A DNA stretch of 64,000 nucleotides, taken from assembly GCA_040767965.1 (NCBI GenBank), contig JAXGNR010000006.1:96001-160000 (forward strand). Direction: 5' to 3'. Below the pieces are notes generated by a model. It saw nothing but the letters and a program-made list of their open reading frames with translations, was not told the DNA's origin and did no database searches. The DNA comes from Atribacterota bacterium (GTDB lineage Bacteria; Atribacterota; Phoenicimicrobiia; Phoenicimicrobiales; Stramentimicrobiaceae). Both the position numbers and the translations under genes were made by a program. Positions within the stretch are counted from its first letter, which is position 1. Every line of letters starts with the position of its first letter. Shown one piece after another: positions 9,543 to 18,762 of the stretch.

Positions 9543-9756
9543 TTCAGAATAAAAGTGAGGTGATACTATATTCAATTTATTTCAAACTAACATAATAAAA
9601 TTAAAAAGTCAATTCTTTTAATGGTTCGTTTTCTTCTTTTAAACAAACCTTTTAAAACACTTTGCAATCCTTAATATTTTATTAAAGTATTCATTAAGAT
9701 CTTTCGCTTGGTATTATCACTTTTTAGAAACGAAACTGTCAATCTAATATGCTATT

Positions 9757-11034
9757 TTAAAATAAATTTTTTATTAATGTAAAATCTCCAGATTTAGCTG
9801 CTTGTAAAATTGGTGCCATATACTCATCAATCAGACTGGCATTAAGCGGTACCGGCATATTCTTCAATTTCATATCCAATTGAGGGTTTTTTGCTGCTTT
9901 TAGTGCTCTTGTAATATATTCATCATTAAAACCTGGTAATTCACTTAAAGTGGCTGGGGCATCTATACTTCTGTTGAAGTTAACTAACCCTTGGGCTACT
10001 GCTATCCCAAGCTCTTTTCCCGAGAGAATATCAGTATTTTCAGTTATAATATCATTTTTTTGTAATATTCTTCCAATAACTTTTAATTGCCTTTCAATTG
10101 CTGGAGCAAAAAATACAGTGTAATAAGGATTCATAATCCCACAAGCACGGCCATGACTGGTAAGATCTACCAGAGAAAAACTGGTTAAATGAGCACCATT
10201 TGTTCCGCCTACCATAATAGCATACCCGCCTAAATCAGTTGCCAATCCAAGAGCTTCTCTTGCTTCCAGGTTATTTGGTTCTTCAATTGCACCTCTAGTG
10301 TTTTTTATTACTAATTCTAACGCTGTAGCAGTTATCTCGCTGACTAATTCGAATTTATCTTCTCCGATACCATAAAATACTTCCAGGGTATGGGCAATAC
10401 CATCCAAAGCCCCGTCTATGGTTAGATTTTTAGGCATACTGGAAGTTACAGAATAATCAAACATGGCTATCTCGGGAATAATAGCATCATCTACAATTAA
10501 TTTTTTCTGTCCCTCTACTGGATCAGTTATATTGCTATATTTTGTTAAGTGAGCTGCAGAGCTTGCTGAGGTTTGCATGGCTATTAAAGGCCATAATTTT
10601 TTATCGCTTTCTTGCAATGCTTTCGTTACAAGGCCAGTTCCGAAGTAATCATCTATCTCAGGGCTTACTAAACCTACACTTGCTAAAGCATTAGCAGCCT
10701 TTACACAATCAATTACACTTCCGCCTCCTATTGCAATAAGGCAATCAGGCTGATAATGAAGTATATAACTTTCTACTCGATAAACATCCTCTCTAGGGGT
10801 ATTGGGTTTTGCTCCTGGGGCAAAACGATTACCAGATAACTGAATATTATTTTTTTCAAGAGAGGAAAGAACTTTGGTCATATCTTCGCTTTCCCGAGAT
10901 TTATTAGAAATTATCAATGCTTTTTCTCCATATCTCGCAGCAATACTCCCTATCTGATCCATTACATCTAAACCAAATATATAGTTGTCTTTTTTAAAAT
11001 TTTTAATTAATTGATAAGCTTTTTCTTTTAACAT
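9757..11034 (-). CDS. Iron-containing alcohol dehydrogenase family protein
   Basis: IGGGSVID, DGIAHTLE, AHLTSF and SHGRAC metal-binding motifs. Confidence 0.88.
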   Translation of the reverse strand: MLKEKAYQLIKNFKKDNYIFGLDVMDQIGSIAARYGEKALIISNKSRESEDMTKVLSSLEKNNIQLSGNRFAPGAKPNTPREDVYRVESYILHYQPDCLIAIGGGSVIDCVKAANALASVGLVSPEIDDYFGTGLVTKALQESDKKLWPLIAMQTSASSAAHLTKYSNITDPVEGQKKLIVDDAIIPEIAMFDYSVTSSMPKNLTIDGALDGIAHTLEVFYGIGEDKFELVSEITATALELVIKNTRGAIEEPNNLEAREALGLATDLGGYAIMVGGTNGAHLTSFSLVDLTSHGRACGIMNPYYTVFFAPAIERQLKVIGRILQKNDIITENTDILSGKELGIAVAQGLVNFNRSIDAPATLSELPGFNDEYITRALKAAKNPQLDMKLKNMPVPLNASLIDEYMAPILQAAKSGDFTLIKNLF

Positions 11035-11094
11035 AATTAAACTCCTTATTAAAAGTAAAATTTGTTTTTAATATTTTACTTTTATAAATTATTT

Positions 11095-11973
11095 TTAGCT
11101 TATTTTACGAAGTATTTCTCTTAATTTCTCACGTGCTTCATTTGTTAAAGGCTGAATAGGTTTTAATGTATTGCCTACATCTATTCCTTTGATCTTTAAG
11201 CTTTCTTTCATAATAACTGGAAAACTCCCAAGAGAGAAAGCTATTCTTAAAGGAGCCAACTTAAATTGGGCCTCTAAAGAAGCTTTGTAATCTCCTTTTT
11301 TAAATAATTCATAAATGGATACTACTAATTCTGGAACAATATTAGCAGTTGCTGCCACACTTCCATGACCACCATAAGCTAAGAATCCATAAATCAAAGT
11401 ATCTCTTCCTGCTAATACAGCAAAATCTTCCCCTGAACGCCTGATTATTTCAGCAGCTTTACTCATATCTCCACTGCTATCTTTTATTCCCACTATATTA
11501 TCAATACGACTGAGGCGAATAATTAAATCTGTACTCATATCAACTCCTGTTCGTCCAGGATTGTTGTACAAAATAATCGGCAAATCTGTATTAGAGGCTA
11601 TTTCCTGAAAATACAAAAATAATTCTTCTTCACCAGGGCTGATAAAATAAGGAGTTATAACAGACAACGCATCTACTCCTATATCTGTGGCCATTTTAGT
11701 TAATTTTACCGCTTCTTTGGTAGTAATTGCGCCTGTACCGGCATATACCGGAACTCTTTTATCGGTAGCTTCCATGACTGTTTCAATTACTTTTTTCTTT
11801 TCCTCAAAATCAATACCATATCCTTCCCCGGTACTACCAAGCGGAAAAACTCCATGAACTCCTGCCTTAATAAGGTAATCAGTCATTTTTTTTAATACTT
11901 GACAATCCACTTTTTCTATATCATCAAAAGGTGTAATCATAGGAGGTATAATACCCCCGGGTATAAATTTCAT
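11095..11973 (-). CDS. DapA/NAL-family class I aldolase (DHDPS-like)
   Basis: GSTGE, LYNNPGRTG and GIKDSSG (Schiff-base Lys) motifs; sits in a catabolic context. Confidence 0.88.
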   Translation of the reverse strand: MKFIPGGIIPPMITPFDDIEKVDCQVLKKMTDYLIKAGVHGVFPLGSTGEGYGIDFEEKKKVIETVMEATDKRVPVYAGTGAITTKEAVKLTKMATDIGVDALSVITPYFISPGEEELFLYFQEIASNTDLPIILYNNPGRTGVDMSTDLIIRLSRIDNIVGIKDSSGDMSKAAEIIRRSGEDFAVLAGRDTLIYGFLAYGGHGSVAATANIVPELVVSIYELFKKGDYKASLEAQFKLAPLRIAFSLGSFPVIMKESLKIKGIDVGNTLKPIQPLTNEAREKLREILRKIS

Positions 11974-12073
11974 TTTTTCTCCTTTAAGTTTGTTCTATCA
12001 TATTCTTCATTAAATTTATCTCTTCAATAAATATATTTCATATTACTTAAATTACTATCAGAACAGAAGTATT

Positions 12074-13033
12074 CTATTTTGGTTTGTTGACTGGCCAGGT
12101 AGGATTTTCTCCTGACAAAACTTCATGAATACCTTGAGCTGCATGTAAAGACATTCTTATTATACATTCTTTGGTAAGCGCAGCATTATGGGGAGTCATT
12201 ATAATATTATCTAACCCAAATAAAGGGTGATTATGCGGAGGTGGTTCCGGGTCAAAAACATCAATAGCTGCACCTCTAATTATCTTTTCCTGAAGAGCTT
12301 GCACTAAATCTTTTTCAATAACCAGGTCTCCCCTGGCAAGGTTAAGGAAAAATGCTGTGGGTTTCATGAGTTTAAATTCTCTTATCCCAACAGATTTCTT
12401 TGTATCTGAAGTAGAAGGGATGTGAATAGAAACAAAATCAGCTTCAGAAAATAATTTATCTTTATCCTCTACTTTGATAATTTCTGCAGGGAAATCTTTT
12501 TTATCTACAAAAGGATCAAAGCCAATGACTTTCATTGAAAGTCCATGGTATGCTTTTTGGGCTAGTTTTTTCCCTATCTTTCCAATTCCCAATACTCCTA
12601 ATACTTTTCCCTCTAAATCCATTCCTATTTGGCGATTTCTAAATTCATAATCACCTCTTCTTGCTGCTTGATCGCTTGTGATTAAATTTCTTGCTAAGGC
12701 AATTATAAATCCTAGGGCTAGTTCAGCTACGGTATTTGAATTTGATTCAGGAGCATTAGTTACATAAATTCCTAATTCTGTTGCTTTTTTAATATCAATA
12801 TTATCAACACCAACCCCATGACGTGAAATAACTTTCAATTTTTTTCCGGCATTTAGAACTTCTGCCGGGAAAGGAGCTGTTCGAGCTAGAATAGCATCGC
12901 AATCAACAACATCTTTTTTTATTTCTTCTACAGTCCAGCCGGAACCCATTTTTATTTCATAACCTTTTTCTAAAAGGTATTGTTTACCCTCTTCGGATAT
13001 ATCTTGAGGAATCAAAACTTTATATGCAACCAT
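12074..13033 (-). CDS. D-2-hydroxyacid dehydrogenase (SerA-like, no ACT domain)
   Basis: RHGVGVDNID, GIGKIG, NLARG, DVFDPEP and TPHNAA motifs. Confidence 0.9.
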   Translation of the reverse strand: MVAYKVLIPQDISEEGKQYLLEKGYEIKMGSGWTVEEIKKDVVDCDAILARTAPFPAEVLNAGKKLKVISRHGVGVDNIDIKKATELGIYVTNAPESNSNTVAELALGFIIALARNLITSDQAARRGDYEFRNRQIGMDLEGKVLGVLGIGKIGKKLAQKAYHGLSMKVIGFDPFVDKKDFPAEIIKVEDKDKLFSEADFVSIHIPSTSDTKKSVGIREFKLMKPTAFFLNLARGDLVIEKDLVQALQEKIIRGAAIDVFDPEPPPHNHPLFGLDNIIMTPHNAALTKECIIRMSLHAAQGIHEVLSGENPTWPVNKPK

Positions 13034-13070
13034 ATTTTCTCCTTATTTATTATTGTAAAAATCTTCCACC

Positions 13071-13964
13071 TTACTTTTCCTGCAGGGAAATATTATTCAT
13101 CTTCTCATAGAATAAGGCCAGTCCTCCATGATCCAGGTTCTCCTGTCCGTCATTGATCAGTGACTGCATCATCTCCATGACCTGGGATGTTAAGGGCATG
13201 GCATTGTGCAGGGCCTGGCTGGTGGCTAAGACATTATGCAGGTCTTTGACATGCAGGTTGATGCGGAAGCCGGGGTCATAGCTGGAGGAAAACATTCGGG
13301 GTGCCTTGTCTGTCAGACACTGGCTGCCGGCTAATCCTCCTTTTATTGCTTCAAAGATGGCTCTGGGATCTACTTTGGCTTTTTTGCCTAAGGCCAGGGC
13401 TTCTGCTATGATGGCGATATTGACTGCTACAATAGCCTGATTGACTAGTTTGGTAGTGCCTCCTGCTCCGATCTCTCCCACCAGTACCGGTTTACCTAAG
13501 ACTTCCAGGATTGGAAGGACCTGCTTAAAGATCTCTTCTTTTCCTCCTACCATAATAGCCAGCGTTCCCTGGATGGCTTTTTCCTGTCCTCCGCTGACCG
13601 GGGCATCAAGCATGTCTACCTTTTTCTTGGATAGGGATTGAGCCAGGGACTGGGAAACTAAGGGGGCAATAGAGCTCATGTCTATTAGAATCTGGCCTGG
13701 AGAGGCCCCTTCCAGGATGCCGGAAGGACCAAGGACTACCTGTTCTACATCAGGGGAGTTGGGTAACATGGTGATAATGATATCACAGCTACTGGCCAGC
13801 TCGGTTGCAGAAGTGGCTTCTTTCGCTCCCTGAGTGAGCAGTTTCCGAAGATTGTCTTTGCTTCTGTTATAGGCGACCAGAGGGTATCCTGCCTTCAAGA
13901 GGTTTTGGGCCATGGGGAAACCCATGATGCCTGTTCCGATAAATCCGATTGTTTTGGTTTTCAT
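13071..13964 (-). CDS. garR: 2-hydroxy-3-oxopropionate (tartronate semialdehyde) reductase
   Basis: GFIGTGIMG, ITMLPNSPDV, DAPVSGG, TKLVNQ, GGLAGS and PGFRINLHVKDL motifs of GarR/GlxR; conspicuously GC-rich. Confidence 0.85.
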   Translation of the reverse strand: MKTKTIGFIGTGIMGFPMAQNLLKAGYPLVAYNRSKDNLRKLLTQGAKEATSATELASSCDIIITMLPNSPDVEQVVLGPSGILEGASPGQILIDMSSIAPLVSQSLAQSLSKKKVDMLDAPVSGGQEKAIQGTLAIMVGGKEEIFKQVLPILEVLGKPVLVGEIGAGGTTKLVNQAIVAVNIAIIAEALALGKKAKVDPRAIFEAIKGGLAGSQCLTDKAPRMFSSSYDPGFRINLHVKDLHNVLATSQALHNAMPLTSQVMEMMQSLINDGQENLDHGGLALFYEKMNNISLQEK

Positions 13965-14057
13965 ATATATTCTCCTTTCATTTCTAAAAACAGTCCTTTT
14001 AATTAAAATTAATAGGACTACAAATTTTATATTTAATATTACAATTTCTTTCTAAAA

Positions 14058-15329
14058 CTAAAAAAGATTGCCATTTTCATCAAATACAAGTTCATAAGGT
14101 GAAGAATCAATAATTTCTAAATTATTTATATTCTTCGCTATATTTAATAAATTCTCTGATATTTCTATTTCTTTCATGGCAATGGTATTTTTGATTCTGA
14201 CCATTGTAACATCTTTTTTGTTTAAAATATTTGAAGTCTTAATACATGCTTGTATGGCTTGCTTATCACTTTTTAAAACCATTGGAATTTTTACACTTGC
14301 TGGTACTGTTGAAGTTAATGAATTAGGATAGGTTTGTTCAAAAATCATTTTTTTGAAAAAGCGTTGAGTTGTAAAATCAACAATACCGATACCATTTCCA
14401 TTTCCGTGAGACTTTTCTGTCAAATCCAGCACTGCAACTCTAGTTATATCAGGCCCTCCGCTAATAAATTTGGTATGATATTTTCCTACAACATTAGTAT
14501 CGAAACCTGTTCCGCTAATATCTTTTCCTATTTCGTCTATTATTAAAACATCTAATTTATCAAAATATAGTTTAGGAGCTAGTCTTTTTGCTTCTTTTTG
14601 CAGATAAGGTTCTCTTTTCTCAATCTCATCAGTTTTTAAAACTTCTATTTTGCATGTTTCGTGATATGCATTTTCTAAAATACCTATTCCAAAAATAATA
14701 TTTCCTTTTTCTAAAGTAACTTTTGCAATATCCAGGATATTTTCAGCCATCCTGCCAAAACCAAGGTTATGGCAAATATCTGCTCCTTTTTGTTTTCCCA
14801 GGCCAATTGTAACCATTTTTATCAAACCACTTTCATAATCTCCCCGAAAAGCAACATGTGGTTTGATTCTATTGATAATAATAGTTGCATCAGCATTATA
14901 AGCAAATTTATCCATGTACACCGGGAGATTGTTCGATGAAATTCCTACCTGAACTGTTTCCATTGTAGCTTTTATTGGTGCTTCAATGTATTCTTCTGTA
15001 AAACCCATCCCTTCCAGCATACTCCTCTGTCCTGTAGCGGTTGCCCCCCCATGACTGCCCATTGCCGGAACTAGAAATGGCTTAGCGCCGAGATTTTTAA
15101 TCTCTCTTACCAAAATTTTAACCATTAAAGGCAGATTGTTTATTCCTCTACTCCCAACAGCTATAGCTATCTCTTGCCCTTCTTTTATCTGTGCAGTTAA
15201 TTTACTTGTGCGGATATTGTTGATTAGCTCTTCTTCAATATTATTAATTAGTGGCCTTTCAAATATCTGTTTACATTTTACCATTTTAGGAATTTCTATA
15301 TTATCCAATAAATTATCAATTGTACTCAA
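14058..15329 (-). CDS. Lactate-racemase-domain (LarA_N/DUF2088-like) protein
   Basis: VGSRGI, PAMGSHGG, NRIKPH, ESGLIKM..IGLGK and GKDISGTG.D motifs; TTG start. Confidence 0.75.
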   Translation of the reverse strand: MSTIDNLLDNIEIPKMVKCKQIFERPLINNIEEELINNIRTSKLTAQIKEGQEIAIAVGSRGINNLPLMVKILVREIKNLGAKPFLVPAMGSHGGATATGQRSMLEGMGFTEEYIEAPIKATMETVQVGISSNNLPVYMDKFAYNADATIIINRIKPHVAFRGDYESGLIKMVTIGLGKQKGADICHNLGFGRMAENILDIAKVTLEKGNIIFGIGILENAYHETCKIEVLKTDEIEKREPYLQKEAKRLAPKLYFDKLDVLIIDEIGKDISGTGFDTNVVGKYHTKFISGGPDITRVAVLDLTEKSHGNGNGIGIVDFTTQRFFKKMIFEQTYPNSLTSTVPASVKIPMVLKSDKQAIQACIKTSNILNKKDVTMVRIKNTIAMKEIEISENLLNIAKNINNLEIIDSSPYELVFDENGNLF

Positions 15330-15663
15330 TTCTCCACCTGCTTTCTTAATTATTTGATTATGTATAAATACTATTTATTATTTTTGGTTTTAAAGTTTAA
15401 TAAATGAAGTTATTTTGGCCTCACAAGATTAAAATATCTGTTCAAAATAAACTGATAGACTTTCTTAATGTTAAGACAATAAAAATTATTTTGCAAGTAT
15501 TATCAATTTTTATATAGAACTAAATAGTATTATAATTTCTTTTAGTATTAGTGATTTTATTGTTTTTATGTTCAGGCAGAAAATCAGCTTTTAATTTTCA
15601 AAAGAAAATTTTAATATTTTATTTTCAAAAGTTAAATAAACTTTATAAAATATTTTTCTAATT

Positions 15664-17496
15664 TTAGTTATATAAGTCTGGTTCTATTATTTCTTTACGA
15701 TATTCTTCTTTTGCTTTTTTAAGCCTATCAATTTGTGATTCTAGTTCAATTGAGAGTTTTTTGGGTAGGTCTATTTTCGCAAAAACTTGCTTCATTCTAG
15801 CCATTTTTTCGAGATATTTATCAATTTTTAAAGAAAACTGAGCAATATACTCTTGTTTGGTATATTCCTTCTTTAATTCTCTTTTAAATAAATTATGAAG
15901 GTCATCATAAAGAGGTATTTTACCAACAGGGGTTTCTATAGCCTCATATTCATTGTGTATTCTGCCTTCAGCCCAAATAACCCAAATAATTTTGTCCACT
16001 TTGCTGTTAAGAAATGAGCCCTGTTCGTCTTTTAAAAAATAATTAGTAGCAAATACTTTTGGAATTCTCCGTATTCCTTCTTGAAAATAAACATGACTGT
16101 TTAAATATGTAGAAAAAGGAACAGAAATAAAATCAAGGTTGGCCATGGGATTATGTTTACGGACACCTTGTTGTCCTAATGTAGCAGCTGTTGTTTCAGA
16201 TTCCAGTGTTGCACCAATCAACACCCCGTGTATCCAATTCAATGCTTCTACTACTGGCATTGAAGTATCAGAATCTCTACCTCCATAGATAAAACCATCT
16301 ATCGGCACTCCCATAGGATTTTCAGCTTCTTTATCAATGTTTTCTAATTCAGATAAACGGATAGTATAACGGGCATTTTTATGAGAAGGATCAATTGTAT
16401 TCCCAATTGCGTCTTTTTTTCCATAATACCATTCCCCACTATAATTGATTCCCTCTTTAGGTAATTCTTTCCCCATTCCCATCCAATATGGAATGCTTTC
16501 CTTAACAAGTACATTGGAAAAAATTATTTCCCTTGGAGTGGTTAATGCTTTATAAATTTCCGGATCATCATCAGGATTGACATCTTCAATAATGCCAAAG
16601 ATCCCTTTTTCCACATTTACTGCTTTTATTTCTCCATTAATTTTCCTTAAATAAGCTATATCGTCTCCAACAATAGTCTGTCCTGGCAGCATAGCTGTGC
16701 TGGTTTTGCCACAAGCACTGGGGAAAGCTCCTGTAAAATAAGTAACTCTATTTTTTGAACCGTGGACACCCATAATAAACATATGTTCTGCTAACCAGCC
16801 TTCATTTTGAGCTTTTTGGATTGCCAGTCTTAATGCTAACTTTTTTAATCCTACAGTATTTCCAGCATATTGGCAGTTAACTGAATAAACACAATTTTCT
16901 TCCAGGTCAATATAAACCCTTTTCTTGTCAACATCAATACTGATATTGTTCTCTAATCTCCCGGCTGAATGTAAGAAATAGAAATATTTGTCTGTCTCCT
17001 TTAAGGATTTAAATCCTTCATAATTACTGCGGTAAAGTAAATCTTCACTATGAGCAACATACGCAGAATCAGTAATCTGTAAAGCTGGAGCTGAAAAAAC
17101 TGAACCTGCAGGACCCAAAGAAAAGAAACGCACTAACATTTCTTTATTTTTCATACTCCCTTTAAGGTATGATTTTATTTCCTCTAAACCTTTTTTCTTT
17201 TCTATTGAATTTACATCAATTCCCCAGTTCACTTTCTGAGAAACAAGATAACGAGTAATATCTTTATCTCTACCCTGGTCATTGTATCCATCAAAATGAA
17301 TAGTATGTCCCGGTAATTTTAATTTCTTTTCTTCGCCATTTTTTAAAGATAATTCTCTGATATACTGTATATCTGCAGGGTCATCAGTAATTATTGTAAC
17401 TTTTTCAGGTTGACAAAGTTTGATTGCCTCCAGAACACGTTGCTTAACAGAGGTATTACCCAAAGCCTCTAGTTTTTTTATATAGGTACTATCCAT
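15664..17496 (-). CDS. pckG: Phosphoenolpyruvate carboxykinase (GTP)
   Basis: YAGNTVGLKK, WLAEHM, FPSACGKT, VGDDIA, HKNARY and YGGRDSDT motifs. Confidence 0.95.
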   Translation of the reverse strand: MDSTYIKKLEALGNTSVKQRVLEAIKLCQPEKVTIITDDPADIQYIRELSLKNGEEKKLKLPGHTIHFDGYNDQGRDKDITRYLVSQKVNWGIDVNSIEKKKGLEEIKSYLKGSMKNKEMLVRFFSLGPAGSVFSAPALQITDSAYVAHSEDLLYRSNYEGFKSLKETDKYFYFLHSAGRLENNISIDVDKKRVYIDLEENCVYSVNCQYAGNTVGLKKLALRLAIQKAQNEGWLAEHMFIMGVHGSKNRVTYFTGAFPSACGKTSTAMLPGQTIVGDDIAYLRKINGEIKAVNVEKGIFGIIEDVNPDDDPEIYKALTTPREIIFSNVLVKESIPYWMGMGKELPKEGINYSGEWYYGKKDAIGNTIDPSHKNARYTIRLSELENIDKEAENPMGVPIDGFIYGGRDSDTSMPVVEALNWIHGVLIGATLESETTAATLGQQGVRKHNPMANLDFISVPFSTYLNSHVYFQEGIRRIPKVFATNYFLKDEQGSFLNSKVDKIIWVIWAEGRIHNEYEAIETPVGKIPLYDDLHNLFKRELKKEYTKQEYIAQFSLKIDKYLEKMARMKQVFAKIDLPKKLSIELESQIDRLKKAKEEYRKEIIEPDLYN

Positions 17497-17732
17497 ATGC
17501 TTACCTCTTTTCCTCTGTTTAAAATGAATAAAAGCTGTTAATGCTTTTGATTTTAAATATTTTACTATAATATAGTATCATTGAAGACAGGTCAAGATGC
17601 AGAATTTATTATATGGCGGTTTCTTCAATAAATGTTAGATGTGCAAAATGAATGGCTGGCTACCTTATTGAGGAAAACTAACTGATGCATTATAATTAGG
17701 TATTATAATTCTTAAAATACTAAGGAGACTAT

Positions 17733-18701
17733 ATGAACCTTCAATTTAAGATCTTGATTTTAATTGCATTAATGTTTTCTATACTATATGGAATTATTGC
17801 CGGTGTCGGGGCCTATCTGGGAGCTGGGAGTATTAACACTTATCTTATTATGGCAATTGGGATAACTTTTTTCCAGTATTTAATTGGACCATCACTGGTT
17901 TCCGCTATGATGAAAATAAAATGGGTTAATGAGACAGAGGAACCAGAACTCCATAAAATTGTAGAAGAATTAGCAGATAAAGCAGGCATCCCCAAGCCTA
18001 AAATAGGGATATCACAGATGGCAATCCCTAATGCTTTTGCTTTTGGTCGTACATTAAAAGATAGCAGAGTTTGTATTACCCTGGGAATAAGAAATCTATT
18101 AAATGAAGAAGAGTTAAAAGCAGTTTTAGGACATGAAATAGCACATGTTAAACATCGTGATATGATTTTAATTACTGTATTGTCAGTAATACCCTTAGTT
18201 TTATACTGGATAGCCTGGCGCATGATGTGGGGGAATATGTTTAGAAGAAGGGAAAATGGAGGGGCATCTGCTTTAATTGGCTTAGCTGCATTTGCAATGT
18301 ATTTCATCACTAATTTGCTGGTATTATATGGTTCGAGAATTAGAGAATATTATGCTGATCAGGGAAGTGTACAGCTGGGAAATTCTCCACATCAACTTGC
18401 TTCCGCCCTGTACAAATTAGTTTACAGTTCAGCACATTTTAAAGGTAATAAAAAGGGAGTGCAAGAACTGCGAGAAGTTGAAGGCTTAAGGGCTTTTTTC
18501 CTGAATGATGTAGCTAAGGCTGATCAGGATATCAAGGAACTTAAAGAATTAGATAAAAATCTTAGCGGCTCAATAGAAGAAAAGGAATTAAATGAACTGA
18601 GAGATAAACAAATAGAAATTAGCCAGTCTGAAAAAATTATGGAACTCTTTACTACCCATCCTAATATGCTCAAGAGAATTAAAGCATTGTCTGCTTTATA
18701 G
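17733..18701 (+). CDS. htpX: Membrane zinc metalloprotease HtpX
   Basis: PNAFAFG, HEIAH zincin, SRIREYYAD and THP motifs with TM helices. Confidence 0.92.
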   Translation: MNLQFKILILIALMFSILYGIIAGVGAYLGAGSINTYLIMAIGITFFQYLIGPSLVSAMMKIKWVNETEEPELHKIVEELADKAGIPKPKIGISQMAIPNAFAFGRTLKDSRVCITLGIRNLLNEEELKAVLGHEIAHVKHRDMILITVLSVIPLVLYWIAWRMMWGNMFRRRENGGASALIGLAAFAMYFITNLLVLYGSRIREYYADQGSVQLGNSPHQLASALYKLVYSSAHFKGNKKGVQELREVEGLRAFFLNDVAKADQDIKELKELDKNLSGSIEEKELNELRDKQIEISQSEKIMELFTTHPNMLKRIKALSAL

Positions 18702-18713
18702 TAACTAAAAATA

Positions 18714-18754
18714 AAAAGGCTTTAAATAAAAATTTAACTTATTTAAAGCCTTTT
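18714..18754. terminator. Bidirectional terminator between convergent htpX and tctA
   Basis: AAAAGGCTTTAAATAA ... TTATTTAAAGCCTTTT. Confidence 0.8.
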
Positions 18755-18762
18755 CTTCAAAT

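Noticed and set aside
9413-9595. 60-aa plus-strand ORF
   Set aside because: Antisense to the lysine riboswitch; the sequence is explained by the RNA structure.
389-13641. Short antisense or off-frame ORFs (389-613, 3403-3657, 4317-4532, 5025-5216, 6230-6749, 7430-8086, 8747-9187, 13441-13641)
   Set aside because: They shadow well-supported genes and have no recognisable motifs.
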